A DNA stretch of 64,000 nt, taken from positions 1-64,000 of the forward strand of contig BCIN01000005.1 in assembly GCA_039545335.1 (NCBI GenBank), read 5' to 3'. Position numbers and translations under genes: made by a program. Below are positions 24,382-38,900 of this stretch, piece after piece. This DNA is from Kondoa subrosea (Eukaryota). The notes under the pieces were generated by a model. That model did no database searches, had not been told where the DNA came from, and saw only the letters and a list, made by a program, of their open reading frames with translations. Position 1 is the stretch's first letter. Each line of letters begins with the position of its first letter.

Positions 24382-25119
24382 GGCTGTGCTACAGGACTGA
24401 CTCAGCGAAAACCTGATTATTTGAAAGACGAGCAGCACCCGAAAGTCATGCAATGGTCATGACCATCAATTGGCATTCCAGAGGTCCTGAATGCGCCACA
24501 TCAACGAGCAGGCTGGAATAGGGAGACGATAGCATGTAAAGCCAGATCCCGTTATAAAAAGTATGCACGTCAAGCTCAATCAACGCCGATGGAAGCATCT
24601 GTTGAGTGAGAGCGAGAACTACCGAGAGCCCCTCGAGGATAGAAGCGATAGACATATGAAGGAGATAGAGAAAGCGAAGAGTCAGGAGGCATCAAGAAGG
24701 CATTAGCAATTCCGAGTCGCGTTGACATTTTCGCATGTTCATGTCGACGGTCATACTATCTAGTCAAGGCGTCACAGTGGACTGATGCTGTCAAGTTGCG
24801 AGCGAATTGGGAAGGCTGCAGCCAAGAACGACTTCATGGAAACGCTGTGTCGAGAAGAGTCTCAAGAAAATGGGTTGCTTGTGATTGCTTTGACTGCGCA
24901 AAGAAGAGCCCAGTACAGCTCCGATTCGATTGGTGTGACAGAACTGTCTGTGTCCTGCCTTTGCTATTCCTCTGAGCTTTGATTGCTTGGATGCTGTTTC
25001 ACGTTTTGACCATATTGATGTGCTTTGGCTTCTTTCGAGCTCTTTGCCTCTCTTCTTCGTACATCCACATCGAGGCAGGCTCCTCATCACTTTCACTCAT
25101 TCTCTACATCAATTGCACC

Positions 25120-25593
25120 ATGTTCAAGCTCTGCATTGTTATTTGCGCTCTCGCTATGTGCTCTGTCGCTATGGCAGACATCAAGATTTGGCCATTCCCT
25201 GGTAGTGATTGCAGCGGTGCTGCTTTGACTGGCTTTACCGTACCTTCGTTCGTACTCCTTAAGCATCCAAATTTGTCGAGCTGTATTGATAATTAATGGA
25301 ATAGAGTTCAATCAGGGGAAATGAAATCCGTGACAGTACCAGGAGATTCTATGGCCTATTTGATCGAGTTCGATGTCTGTACGCCTTCTGTCCATACCTC
25401 TTCACCAATACTAATGCTTCAAAACGCTTCGCAAACAGACGATGGAGCTTATACTTTTGCTGTCGATCCTCGTGGTGGTTGCAAGACTGAGACCGAGACT
25501 AAGAAGAACGATGTCTTCGGTCGTTCTTGTTTCGTGAATGGAGGTGCTCTCAATCCAGGGTCAGCCGCTTTCGTCTCGCACTCGAATCCTTAA
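25120..25593 (+). CDS. Small secreted Cys-containing protein
   Basis: Signal peptide MFKLCIVICALAMCSVAMA, WPFPGSDCSG, probable short GT-AG introns, stop at 25593. Confidence 0.6.
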
Positions 25594-26570
25594 AGCTCAT
25601 CATTTGAACAGCTGTGGTATCCAAGACATCTACTACGGAAAGCTTGAGGCAGTCTCGTCAGAGGTTCACAATCTTGTAATGCCTTGATGGCAGTAATTGG
25701 GTTGTGTAGCAGGACATGGATAATGCAGACTTGATGTCTCTTTTTGTAACTCAAGAAACATTGTCACAGTGAAGCGTCTCAAATGTCTTAGATGAGAAGG
25801 AGGACTTGATAGTATTGCAGTTCAACAGTACTATTGCTTCTCCCTTTGTTTCCCTTTCCACAAAGTCTGTACGACACCTTCAGGCTCCCGCACCTTCTTT
25901 CCAGCTTTGTTGAAAATGAGCAGAAAGAGGCCACGAGGTATCAAGAAAGGTTGCCAATATCTGATCTAGCACAGTAACATTGAGTTACAATCCTTCAGTC
26001 TAGCTCATAGAGGTTTGAGAGCAGGCTGTACACATTTGTGCGGTCGAATATAAGAAGCATTCGGTTGCGAGAAGCAGTATCTAATACCGGAAAGAAACGG
26101 AATGTAGCCAAAGTACAGTAGAGGGCATGAAATTCGACGTGCAGAAATCAAGAATTGAAGCACTTCCAGCCTATTTCCAGCCTTCTTTGGTGGATTGTGA
26201 GACATAAGACGCAGTGTATTTGGACAAAAGACGCGATATTGAACGAGAAATTAACACCAACTTGAGTTTCAAAATTGTCGATTTCAAAGGCTATGGGTGC
26301 GCGCAACAGCAGGCTTTCCTGCTCTGCCTTCAAGAACAAGCCGAAGTGAATCTTGTGCGCTCTAAAAGGCCAAGAAAAGGTGATCGATATGGTCGCAGAT
26401 GGTGAACAAAATTTGACCAAAAGTCAAAGAGCAGGCAGCTTGCAGGATTCCGCCCGGAAGCACACTATCTCATCACATAACATTCAATGCATTTGCATTT
26501 GCTTCTCTATTCAAGGGTATCTTCATGCTTCCATATCGATGATTTTCTCACTTTGCTTTTTGTAGGACGA

Positions 26571-28179
26571 TTACTTCCACTACGCAACACAAATCATCAA
26601 CAGATTGCAGGAAGATTAGGAACAGGAAGCTCACATTCCATATCTGCGCGAGCCACTTGGCAAGGTCTACTTCCCTAGCTTCGCTTTTGACGATCCAGGG
26701 ATGTTGCAGCATCTGCAACGGCGTAGGTCTCTTTTTCGGGTCTTTCTCCATACTGTCATTCGCCTTGCCGATAAGCATTTCACAGAGCATAATTGAAAGC
26801 AGGAAGACTGACCACAATCTCAAGAAATCTCTTATAGCTTTCTTAAACTCTACTCCTCCTGCAGGATCATCCACCAATTCAGGTGGAGACATTTTGATAA
26901 TATAGTGCAAGAGATCAATAGGACCTAAAGGTGGTTCACCCTCTGGTGGAAAAGGGAATTTGTTCATTGCGATTTCGTGAATCGTTAGACCTAAAGACCA
27001 GATATCGGATGTCCAGGTATAAGGAGCGCCTTGTATCCTTTCGGGCTGAAAGAATAGATTCGTTAGTAGAGATAGTGGCAAGGGAAAGAGAGACAACGCA
27101 CGGCCATGTAGTAAGATGTACCAACGAAAGTTTTGGCTAGACTGTTTATGAGTTCTCCAGAAACGCCAAAATCACATAGTTTGATTTGACCATCTCGGGA
27201 AACAACTATATTGGAAGGTTTGATGTCTGTGAGCTCATGAAGCGAATGAATCATTATGAATATGATCATCGACAATTCGCTCACCTCGATGAATAATCTT
27301 GCGATCGTGCAAGTAGACCAAACCCTTGAGAACCGCTTCAGCTACTTTGCCTAGCACTTTCTCGCCCGTTCGTCCATTTCGTTTTTTGATCTGTTTGTAT
27401 ATCGCATCTAGACTTCCTCCCTCTGCAAATTCCATGATGATAGCTATTTGAGAATCGCCTTCTTCTAGGAAAGCGCCATGGTATTTGACTATGAAAGGAG
27501 CACGACATTCTTTGTTGAAAGCGAGTTCACGTAAGATTTGTTTGTGAATGTCTGGGTTGGGTGACGTGGACATAGTCTGTAAGCAAGCGGATACATTCAG
27601 CTCATACGATAGAGCTCAGAACGATCGTTCACTGACCTTTTTGGCCATCACTTGACCAGTAGGTTTATGCAACACTTTCCTAACCTCACCAGCAGCACCT
27701 TCGCCTATCCTTCCCAGATCCTCGAAATCTTCAGGTTGCAGATCACCGCCTTCAGATCCAGCTGAACCTCTTCTAGCTCTGGTCGAGATGGGTTCTTTGA
27801 GTCCGCTTGCACTAGCAACTGAACTGCCCGAACTACTCCTATGTGTGGCTTCAAAAGGTGAAGGTAAAGAAGAAGTATTGGAAGAAGAAGGCGTATGAGC
27901 ATCAGATAAAGAAGAAGACTGCTCATCCAGATCTAAACCATGTATAGCTTTCTGCAACTGTTTCATGCGTTTCAAGGACTCTTCAGCGGAATTGCTGTCT
28001 GGTGGTAAGGCATTGTTGGAGACAGAGCGAATAGTACGATCAGCAGAAGGTGTGGGCTGCTCAGTAGAGATAGAAGGTAAGATGGGAGCCAAAGTCAATT
28101 TGGGCTTAGGTGATGATGCTGATGGCAGGGCCAAGGATGGGAAGCCCTTCTTCTTGTTTGAGGGCACGCTGTAGCTCAT
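26571..28179 (-). CDS. MAP kinase kinase, Mkk1/Mkk2/Pek1-like (cell-wall integrity)
   Basis: [65 protein letters not shown]. Confidence 0.92.
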
Positions 28180-28575
28180 CCTTCACCGTGTCTTCTTCAG
28201 TCGTCGGAGATCATAAGCTGGCGTTGTCCAGGTTTCGTTTGACTCCAAGCATGCTTGTCTCGAGTTGGCGAAGCAATTCTTGTGTCTTGCATTGGCGCTG
28301 GTGTCTCAGAATCTAGATTTGATGTCTACTTCTACATTTACTCTCTTCCACTTGCTTTTATTTTGTCGCTGTCTCCTCTTCCAGAATCCAACGAACTTAT
28401 GGATTCGGCTGGTTTCGATGTTTGCTTCAGTGTACTTTGCACTTGTCGTAGTCACTCATGATAGAGTCATCTTCCTGCTGTATCCCCGTCCGCTTTGATC
28501 CGAATGCCTCGTGCCCTCTCAAAGTTTAGCGAGGCGTTTCATACTCTCTTTTCTTTCCCATATCATCTCTTAAAT

Positions 28576-29549
28576 ATGCAAGAAATTCGTGAGTACTTGT
28601 ATCAGCAATATGGAAGAATGAAGCTGATTTCAACCTAGGCAACCCTTTCTCGAACCAATCTTCTATTCAAGCTGATTTACCTTACCTCTTGATGCAAGTT
28701 TTGGGCAAGAATGATCTATCTCGTCTGCTTCTCAGTCTCACTTGTCGACTTTATCAAGAAGCCTATCTTCGCTATCGGAAAGACATTGTGCTATACTCTG
28801 ATTATGAGTTTGATATGCGGAATCTCGAAAGAGTCTACAGGAGGGAACCTAATGTTATTGGTAATGGCAAGAAACCTCGTCTTGGTCTATACGCTCGTCC
28901 TATTACAGAAGAAGAGTGGGATTGGATCGTTTACAAAGATCAAGTCTTCAAATTTGATATAATGGAACCTTATTTGCGACCTGGCTCTACTCCAGTGGAG
29001 GTTGGCAAGTTTATTACCGTTCGTACCATCTATGTCAGAAAAGAAGATTATTCCGGCAAAGTCATCACTCCAAGCGGCTGCAATGTGATTGAAGTCAAAG
29101 GTGGTAATGGCTGGGGTGAATACACTCGAGAAACCTGGGCTGCTTCTAATCCTGCTGGTTTCACTTTACGTGATATGAGAGATATGGCTGTCGGAAGATA
29201 TAAAGATTGTCCAAGCGGTGAATTCACTTTTCAGCAACGCAGACTCAAAGTGGAAAGAATGCTTGGTTGTCATGGACCTTTCAATTTGGTGGATGCTGTG
29301 GTAGACTTGAATGAGGATCAGGATGTATGTAGTCCGTTCTCTTTCCGAGCTCCAGCTGATTTCGCTCTTTCTGACATACAGATCAAAGTCAGACGAGTCC
29401 CTCTGTCGAGCAGTAGCGAAACTTCTAGGAATGGCAGAGGTCAGCGAGGTAACAGAGGCTCGCGAGGTGGAAGGACAAGAGGTGGTAACGGTCGAGGTAG
29501 AAGAGGTTTCTGGACTAGCCTGCCTTGCCAATCTTCTCGGTCTAGCTGA
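28576..29549 (+). CDS. Hypothetical protein, possible N-terminal F-box-like segment and RGG-rich C-terminus
   Basis: 286-aa ORF plus a short first exon. LPYLLMQVLGKNDLSRLLLSLTCR and RGGRTRGGNGRGRRG. Confidence 0.55.
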
Positions 29550-29691
29550 AAGCCATGGATTTATCCTCGTACATCGAAAGACTCGGCAGAGTCGCCTCAA
29601 TAATGCATATCGGTTGATTAGTAATCAAACTCTTTTTGACCCAAACAAAAGAGCGATGAATTTCTTTTGAGCATCCCAAGGGGCTACAGCA

Positions 29692-30724
29692 ATGTCTTCC
29701 GCTAGACAAAGACGACCACAAGCTATGCCAGAAGCGACAGAAGTGATAGAGAAGCAGGAGAACATCGCTAGACAACCTATCAAATCATGGGATTCGCCAG
29801 CAGCTCCTACCAAACCTTCCTTCTGGTCTAGACATCCTCCTGATACGCCTGAGCTGGTCTCAATCGTTGGCTTCTCCTTGGGCATAGTCTTCACTTTGGG
29901 TCTCTTGTCTGGTGTGAGAATCCCTGAAGTATTGTCGCGGCAAGAGACGAGAGCAGGATTGGTTCAAGTGCTGCGTAGTCCGCAATTGGGTCTCTACTTG
30001 GCTTTCTGGGCTACTTTCCATATGGCAGAATACCTTACAACTGCAATCTATAATCCTACTCAAGTCAAATTGGGTTGTAGTGTTATTTCTCTGAGGTCGC
30101 ATCTAGTCATGCTAAGTGATGAGATAGCTTATCTTCTACATAATGGTATTGGCTACCATTTGGCTCATTTCTGTGGTCTATTGGAATACATCCTCTCTGA
30201 CACTCTTCTCCCTACATCACTTCAACAATATAAGCATCTCCCTTCTGTAATTCTCATCGGTCGGTTCATTTTCCTTCTTCAGCCCCATCGCAACTGACTT
30301 TTGGCACAGGCATTGCAATCACTTCATTAGGACAGTACTGTCGTTCATTGGCAATGATCACAGCCGCCTCTAATTTCAACCACGATGTTCAGTTCACCAA
30401 AGCCGACTCTCACACTCTAGTCACAAGTGGCATCTATCAATACTCTCGTCATCCTTCGTACGCCGCTTTCTTCTATTGGGCTGTCGGTACACAAATCTTG
30501 CTTGGCAACCCTTTCACCGCCTGCGTATTTACGATTGTCCTTTGGCGATTCTTTACGCAGAGAATCTTCTGTCAGTTTGATTTCCCTTTCGAACGCCTTT
30601 GTAGGAACACACAGCTGACAAATCCACATTTGTAGATGAAGAGTTAGCTTTAACTGAGTTCTTTGGGAATGACTATGTAGAGTTCAAGAAACGCGTAGGA
30701 ACAAAGATTCTCTTCTGTCCGTAG
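29692..30724 (+). CDS. STE14: Isoprenylcysteine carboxyl methyltransferase
   Basis: FHMAEYLTTA, HTLVTSGIYQYSRHPSY, RI.EE..L..FFG.DY motifs. Confidence 0.92.
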
Positions 30725-31181
30725 TAATCAAGCGAACGAGAATTGATTTGCTTTTATGCCGACACAATGCTTTTGCAATAAAGACCAATGAATGTTGGCT
30801 ATAATACTAGTAAAAATGTCCCTTTGATACCGCTGAATGCACGCCTGAACCCATTCTTGCCCGACCCCTACTTGATTTACTGTGCATACAATGCGTGCTT
30901 GGTTGATGGTTATAAAAGACGACGCATATGATCCGTCTTGCCAAAGCGAAATTACATGAGACCTTTCCAATTGGTGTGACCGACCGTGATGCAAAGCGAG
31001 ATGAACGAGAACGAGTTTTGTTAAATGAGTGTGATGTGTAGAATAGATTAAGATGTGCTTCGACCCGAGATGCTGCTTTTCACACATGTCTTCTTGAATT
31101 TGGGCTATATGAGTATCCAACAGAGTGATATGGAAGAACAGATAGGGGAGCATGAATGTGCGAGACTGAGGGAAAGCCGTA

Positions 31182-32153
31182 TTAAACTGTACGTAACCCG
31201 CCTTACTCAGCTGATAATCAGGCTTAGTAGGAGATTGAATACGTACAACCACCGAGCAAATCATCATCTGCATATAAACTCGATCTTGAGAATTTGCCCA
31301 ACCCAACTATCCCTAACCGTCCTTGCTGATTTTCCTCTTCCTCTTCTTCAGCATCTGAATCCACAAATTCATCTTCATCTTCACCTTGCAAATCATGTTC
31401 GCTTTCGTCACCACTTGCTTCAGCAGAAGATCCACGTCTGGTTCGAATCGTTTGCGCTTCCTCTGAATCATCCGCATCGTCTTCATACACATCACTTTCC
31501 GGTCGGACTGTATCCCAACAGAATTGTCTTGGTGTATCGAGCATGGATTGAGAGAGGAGAGCAGTGGAGAGTTGAGTGGAAGAAATGGCGCACATATCGC
31601 CATGAGGAGGAGTGTAAGAAGTAGGTGAAAGGTGATCGTCGGATTCACTGGAAGAAGAGCAGTCGTCATGCATGAGACCAGGAACATCTCCAGCTGAAGG
31701 TGCGGGATGATTGAGCTCGCCGTTGGAGAAGACAGTCGAGATGAATGGAGGTGGTTGACCAGCTTGAGATGCTTCTTTGGCTTTACGCTGTAAGCATCGC
31801 ATCCATGCTCCACCACCTTTCTTGCACGAAGGAATCTCTAAATCTTCACAAGAGGGAATGATGGGCGAACGATCGTATTGTTCGCGAGAATGGGTGAATT
31901 GAAAGGATGTAAGCTGATTATCTGGGAAGTGAACCGATTTGCCTGAGCCACATGAGCCTGCTGACGAAGAGCGACGGGACATGTGCGATTGATCAGGCGA
32001 ATGTACTGGTGATCCAGACTTGGACAGAATAGGATGTAGAGGAAAGATTGTAGGTCGGAGTGGACGAGGTTTAGGTAAGTTTTCGATGGCCATGTCGTCG
32101 AAAGGTTGAGGAAGAGCTGCCAGAGCTTCTGCGGCAGAAGTAGCTGAATCCAT
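31182..32153 (-). CDS. Disordered protein with RVxF-like KSVHF and THS..YDRSPI motif
   Basis: 309-aa ORF, Ser-rich and acidic, ending DDDLLGGF after a terminal intron. Confidence 0.7.
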
Positions 32154-32849
32154 TTCTTGAAGGTGAAAAGGAGAAGAGGTGTGCTTTGACAGGTTTCAGT
32201 CGTGAAGTTTCACACAGAAGCGAAACAATGTAGCAACGTGAAAGTGTTGCTGGCGGTGTTGATTGACCACGTTACAAATTAGAAACGAGAGCTGCCGATA
32301 AATACTTGAAGCGAATTTTCAAGTGCGGGCTGAGCTTGAGCACAACTCTTTTTAGACGGGGTTACGATGAGAGGTACATGAGAGGCGAGTAGTGAAGTGT
32401 TTAGTGTGATAAAACGAGTTAGAACAGCCAAGGGATCTAGCTAGACTGCATGAAGGTCTAAGCAAATATTGGCACAAACAGCAAAAGTGTTGCCCACCTG
32501 TATCGGTGTTCGTTGAGACTTTTCAGAACGTAGACCTTGCAGTATTCGATGTGAACTGTCGAACGCTGGAAGAAGACAGAGTGTCGGAGATGCCAACGGC
32601 CTGTTTATGTTTGCGCAGAAAAGCCAAAGTTCGGAATAGGCAGAGCCTTTGTAGAGAGTGAGATGCGCTAAGCGCGAACGTTCTCCTGTGCTGAAGGTTC
32701 ACGGAATAGCTAAAGTCGATTCTGTTTTGGTGGGATTTTGTCAAAGGTGAGAAGGTCAAGTTGGCGTACGCCACATTTGGGTAAATTGCGCGGGCTGTGA
32801 TTGGATCACAAGGTGTCTACTGAATGCTATGTATTCCGATGCATCTCGC

Positions 32850-35357
32850 TCACGCTTTCAATACAAAGTCCATACTCGACGGATTCGGAGCTGCGAAATG
32901 ACGAGCAGAGACTTTTCAGCGCCGTGTTGACCGGAAAGGAAATCGGTCAAAGGAGACTCACAAGTAACTCGTGCCCACTCCAAATACAGTCGGAAAGCGT
33001 CTATCGTAGCCATCAGCTTGAGTCACTGTAAAAGTATCGCCCAACAAAAAACTCACATGCTTGCATATCTACGTATCGCCAATACGCATTTGCCCATTGT
33101 TTCCCTTCCGATGCAATCTTCTTTGCAAGGTCATCGTGCCCGTTCTTGCCTTCTAAATCGCCGGAGAAGAATGCCATGATATCAAACCTAATTTGAGCTC
33201 AGATTCGTCATTCCGATGATGCTGTGAAATCATCCCACGCACAAGTCTGTGTAATCAATTTTCACTGGGACATAGCTAGAACATATTTTAGCGAATCGTG
33301 GCACAGACGAGAACTGGTACTCACTGAAGCCATGGTTGAATACGCTCGGCATACCATTCGGGGAAGATAGTACTCTTCAGCACCATTGCATTTGACACGA
33401 GTAGACGATGGAAGCGACCACTCCATGCATCTGTATGGGTGTAAGCACTAGCATTGACAGAGAACAGCGCAGACTTACTGCCATCGACATCGATACTTCA
33501 CCTTGGTCAGCTAAATAAAAGTCTATGATTAAAATAGACTTACATGTACTTGTACTGATCCTGTTTCGGCCAGCTTAGACTTTCCACAAACTTGAGGTAT
33601 TTCGGAATCGCTTCACAACTTCCATCGTCGACCGTACACTGACCCATTTTTCCAGCGAAACCAACATCCAAGTATCTGTGTTCAAGCAATTCCGGATCGA
33701 CTGTTCTTTCCACAATACTTTCTTGCCCATCGTTCTCATTAGTAGCAGTGAATCGAACTTTTCTTCCCCAAGCACCATCCGCATCTCGATCGTTTGCTAA
33801 AGCAACCAATCTCATTCTTTGAGAAGATCTCCACCAAGTCTCTCTTTCGAACCAAACTCCAGTAGTACTTCCCCTCCAAACAAGCTTGTTGTGTTGTTTT
33901 TCTTCCCATGGTGGATCTTCGCTTTCTGGTGGAACATCCCAATATTGTTCCAAAGGAACGCATAGCAAGTCCGAATGGATAGTAGAGCGAGCGAAGGAGA
34001 AGAGGGGCATTAGGACAGCTGGACGTGGACCAGGCCAAGAAGTGAACCCATGCAAGTATTGCCATTCGGGATTGGCACAAAGATCCATAGTCGCCATGTG
34101 ATCTGAGACGTAAGAAGGACCTGGGTTGAGAGCGCCAATTTCTAGACCTAGTTGACCTCGACGCAGACGAGAGTGTTCCGGACAAGCAAGTGACCAGCCC
34201 CAAAGACTGCTTGCGTAATCAATGCATGATCATCTAAGAGTAGACACAGTCACGCACGCAGCATCATCACTGACAGTTTCTGCCTCTTCTGCAGTCAACA
34301 TTTGACCCTTTTCCGCTTTTTGGGTATGCAATGTTCTCAATTCTTCATCTAGAATCACCGCAGGTCCATCATGTGCACTCATAACGATATCCATATCCGG
34401 CAGCCATTCAACAAATTGCTGAAGCATTTCGCCCTGTTCTTTCGCCCTTTTCAAATCTTTCTTCTCCCCTATAATCTTCAATTCTCCTTTTCTGACTTGC
34501 ATAGTATGAGTATTCGGTGATTGCGAAAGTCCTTCTTGTCGTTGCAAAAGCAATTTTCTAGGTAAAGATAAGAAAGGTTTGATGGATTTATCAATGGAAT
34601 CGTATTCATCCAGTAAGCCAACCTCATTCTTTTGCGCAAATGCGAACCAGTGATCAAAACCTTTTGGAGGTGAGCGATTGTACCGACGTTTGTACTCTCG
34701 AACGGCTTCTGCTAGTGTTTTGCTTTGCTTAGATAGTTTGTGTTCCCATTGCCGAGTTGCGTTTTGGATGAGATCGAAGATTGGATGCGTAGCAGTTCCG
34801 GAGTGAAGAGCACTTTCTTTGAGGTAGACATGCCCATTTGAGTGAAAGTCTAGCTTGTCTTTTTGGGTTGAAGAGAGATAGGTAGTTGAAGAAGAATATT
34901 TCGAGGAGAGATTTGAAGAGAGTGATGACGATGAGGCTTTCGAGTCGTAGAGTGCCATGAGCATTGCTCCGAGTAAGAAAGCAGGAATGACAGCTCCGAG
35001 AGGTAGCTTGCGGTACAGCAGGAATCGGGACAGTCGCGTAAGCAGATTGGCGGGCAAGTCCGAATCATCCAGTGATAAAGCCTGCTTGCTCAGAGGCAGG
35101 TAGTGAGAATTGCCAGACAGACTACCGCCAAGTCTTGATGGCCGCCTATGATGATGAGCATAACCTTCCTCTTCATCTTCATCTTTCCAGTCTGGAACCT
35201 GTCCTTTCTCTCTGAGACCTGCAGCACCTGAGATTGACTGTCGACTGTCTTGGAGATTTGAATGTGTCGAAATATGGCTGTTTGTGCTCCGATCAAGCTT
35301 GTCTTCGTAAGGATTGTTTGCTTCTGTCTCCGAGTCTTGACTCTGCGAGTAAAACAT
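32850..35357 (-). CDS. Glycosyltransferase family 90 (CAP10/Cxt1-like xylosyltransferase), paralog 1
   Basis: TM segment, QSKTLAEAVREYKRRYNRSPPKGFDHWF, LVWRGSTTG, IDVDGNAWSGRF and RLYLEWAR. Confidence 0.92.
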
Positions 35358-35904
35358 AGGAGTCGACGGTGCAAAAGGTCTGTTCTAGGCAGATGAGCTG
35401 AAGCGGCATAGTACATTGTTCAAGCGAGTCCTCACACTCGACGCGACAGTGGATTGGTATAAGTATCTGTGACATGTGCAGGAGGTGCATCTTGTGCTGT
35501 AGCTGAAGACTGCTCTTGCAATTGAAGGGCAGAAGGTCGACGTGAACCCATGTTGCGTTGAATTGAGAGGATAACAGATAGCGACACTAGTACAGAAAGA
35601 CACAGACAAACAGAGATTCTTGCGATTGGTTGCTACCGTACAGATCGAGACATAAGCTGTGACCGTGGGCAGAAGAGATCAATTCGAATCGAATATTTGT
35701 CGGCTGTTGACCGCAAGCTGCCACTCTTTACCTTTCGCGTTGTTCTGCTACTGTATCTGGTGTTCTATGTGTCACAGATCTCTCTTCTACCTATAAACGC
35801 GCATCAATCCTGTTCACGCCTCGGTCGAGCGGGTACCTTTTTGGCTTAACATCGCTTGTTCCGCTTGTGCAAGGCGCAATTGGTGCTGAAGAGAGGCGGC
35901 AGCA

Positions 35905-38900
35905 ATGAGCAATGATACTCCGGTCAAGTCTCCACGTCTGGGAGCAGGAACTCTATCGGGTAGAAGAGACTCCTTCAATCCTTACAGTCAAGCTGGTCTT
36001 GGTTTAGCTCTTTCTGCTTCCACCTCCGGCACAGCAGGAAACACCAGCAATGCAGCTAGAATACCACCAGCTGGCAATGGACGTCTATCGCCAGCACCTT
36101 TTGTCCGGTCTTCCTCTATGCACAAACGAACTACCTCTGAGCCCGCAGCGGACAGCCGACGAGGCGGATCCTTCAAAACAGTTGTTAAAGATGGAATAGA
36201 ACGAATCTGGAATGCTGCGTCACCGCGATTGGCTAGTGTAGCTGAATTTGGTGGACCCCCTTCGCCCAAACGGGCTTTCTATCGAGGTGACGATCATAAA
36301 GAACTCAAAGGCAACCAACTACCTCTTCACCTACAAAATAGAACAGCTGCCGGTATCATCGCTACTCTCCGCGCTATCCTCCTCCGACCTTTCTACCTTC
36401 TCTTCAGACGAGGTCCTCTTCTACCTATCACTCTTCTCGTTTTCCTCGTCTTCGTGCTTGGCGGATTCTCATCAACACCACAGCAAGAAGAGCCTGCCTT
36501 TTCTTCCGACTACGTCTTTCAAGACTTTTCGAATTATACTCAACGAGAAAACGATGGTCGAATGAAACGAGTCTGGGCAGCAGCCGATGACTATATACCG
36601 CAAAGAGCAAGAGATCTTCTACCGGCTAAATGGCTTACCAATAATCCCGCCGCTCAACACAGAAGAAGACCAGAAAAAGTTGGTATTGAGGATCCGTTGT
36701 GGATGCCTAGACAGAAACGCTTTGAAGAAGGCGCGAAATGGATGAAGTTGGCTCAAGAACAAGCTCCTGGTTCCAGACCGATATTGGAACCTAATAGCCC
36801 AGAAGAACTAGAAGCAGCGATGAAGAAACCCTTGAAAGCGCGATCGCCAAGAAGAGATGGCAGAGCTTTGATTATTGAAGGAGAAGAACACCCGATACCC
36901 AGGCTGATGAGACGAGGGAGGAAGAGATGGGAAGCACTAAAAGCTAAACAGAGCAAGACTTTCAGTCAAGCAGTCAAGGAATACGTTAAGCGGTATGGGC
37001 GAAGGCCGCCGAAAGGGTTTGACAGATGGTGAGCTATGTCGCTTGTCATATTCATACAAGCTGATTGTTGTATATAGGTACGCTTTTGCACGAGCAAACA
37101 ACCTAAAGATGATCGACGAATTCGATCTGATCGAGCGTGACCTGCATGTCTTCCGAGCTCTGTCGCCCGAATCGCTTCGACGCCGAGTTGAATGGATGCG
37201 CGAAAATATGGATATGACTTGGGGTATTCGCATAGAAAATGGCAAACTAACTCGCGAAGGAGAATTGGCGAATCACGATCGAGCAAGAGGTGTACGAGAT
37301 TTGCTCAAGCGGTTCTTGCATGAAGTACCCGATATGTTGATGTGGTATAATGGTCATGACATAGCAAGAACAATGATACCCTGGGAGGAAAAAGATCGCC
37401 TGGAGCAATTGGTCGAGGATGGCAAATGTAAGCGAGCTGTTTCTCTCTGGTGACCCATTGCTTATCATTTTGCAGTCGATGTCGACAAAGAAGACCTTAC
37501 TCCGATAGCCCGGGGTCCTTTTCCATATTGGGGCATGGCTCAATTATGCGCACCAGATTCCGCTGTCCGAGATCCGTCATTCACCTTCGGAGAAGCATCT
37601 CGAGACTGGACAGGCTTCGAGATGCCTCCTCTACCGGAAGATGAGTTCGGCGGCAAAGTGCTTGGAACTGTCATCGACTCCTTCAAATCATACATGGATT
37701 TGTGCAACAGTCCACAATACCGCCACTACCATACCGCTTCAAGCTACGTCTTTCCTCATCACCCCACACCTCTATTACCACTCTTTACTCCTGGTGTTCA
37801 AGGCAATTTTCCAGACATCCATTCTCTGATTGTTGAGCAATTCGATTTCGAAGCACCTCATGATCCAACATGGGAAGAAAGACCTTTCGACCGCTTGGTG
37901 TGGCGTGGTCAGACCTCGGGTCCTCAATGGGATAAAGGCTCACCATGGATCAGCTCACATCGCTCTCGCTTACATCTACTTAGTCATGCTGAAAGTGGTT
38001 CAAGAGATATCACTCTCGCTTTACCTGAACCAGAAGACGCAACACTTACTCCAAAACAGAAACGAGCGCAATTGAGTAAGAAAAAACCTGAATTCTCTCA
38101 GCAAATAGAAACGCCCAATTATCGATTGAACCCTCTTTTCCTTGATACCGGTATGGTCGGACCAGCTGTTCAGTGTATTAAAGAAGACGGAACTTGTGAT
38201 GAGATGTACAAGGTCTTTTCTGGATACGAAACTAGATTGAGCTTTGATCGAAGTAATTTGTACAAATGTAAGTTCCAGGTCATTCAACTAAACATGCAGA
38301 ACTAATAGAGCTTTAGATGTGCTGGATATCGATGGAAGTAAGTCTCCTGTCTGTAAAGCCGGCCTCTGAGCTCATTTCTGCCAGATTCGTGGAGTGGCAG
38401 ATTCCGAAGATTGATGGCTAGTCATGCTGTTGTGCTCAAGGCAACAATATATACCGAATTCTGGACTGACTGGGCTATACGTGAGGGAATGCTATACCTG
38501 AGCTGGATCTTTGCTAATGCGGGACATAGCCTGGGTCCATTTCATACCAATACAAGTTGACTATTCAGATCTATGGGATGTCGTAAGTACGTTGTATGCT
38601 GTTCTCGTGCTATCGATCAAACTGTATTACAGATGGCGTTCTTCCGAGGAGGCCTGCGCGGAGAAGGCGCTCATGATCATCTAGCGAAACAAATTGCTTT
38701 AGCAGGGCGAGAATGGTCGCAACAATACTTTGTGAGATGCTTTCTCTCTTGTACGCTGGCACAGCTGATTCTTTCTGTAGCGTTGGGAAGACCTTGAGAC
38801 GTATCAATTCAGGTCAGTCGTAACTCGTCGCATCGCTATACAGCGAAGCTAATAATTCAATTTCAGGCTCATGCTTGAGTATGGTCGACTGTGGAACCAG

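Noticed and set aside
25916..26405. Protein-like fragments with stops on the plus strand
   Set aside because: No recognisable motif or coherent splice model. Cannot be supported as a gene or pseudogene.
35835..35855. CCTTTTTGGCTTAA resembling the U2 snRNA 5' region
   Set aside because: No GTAGTA branch-pairing sequence or Sm site follows.
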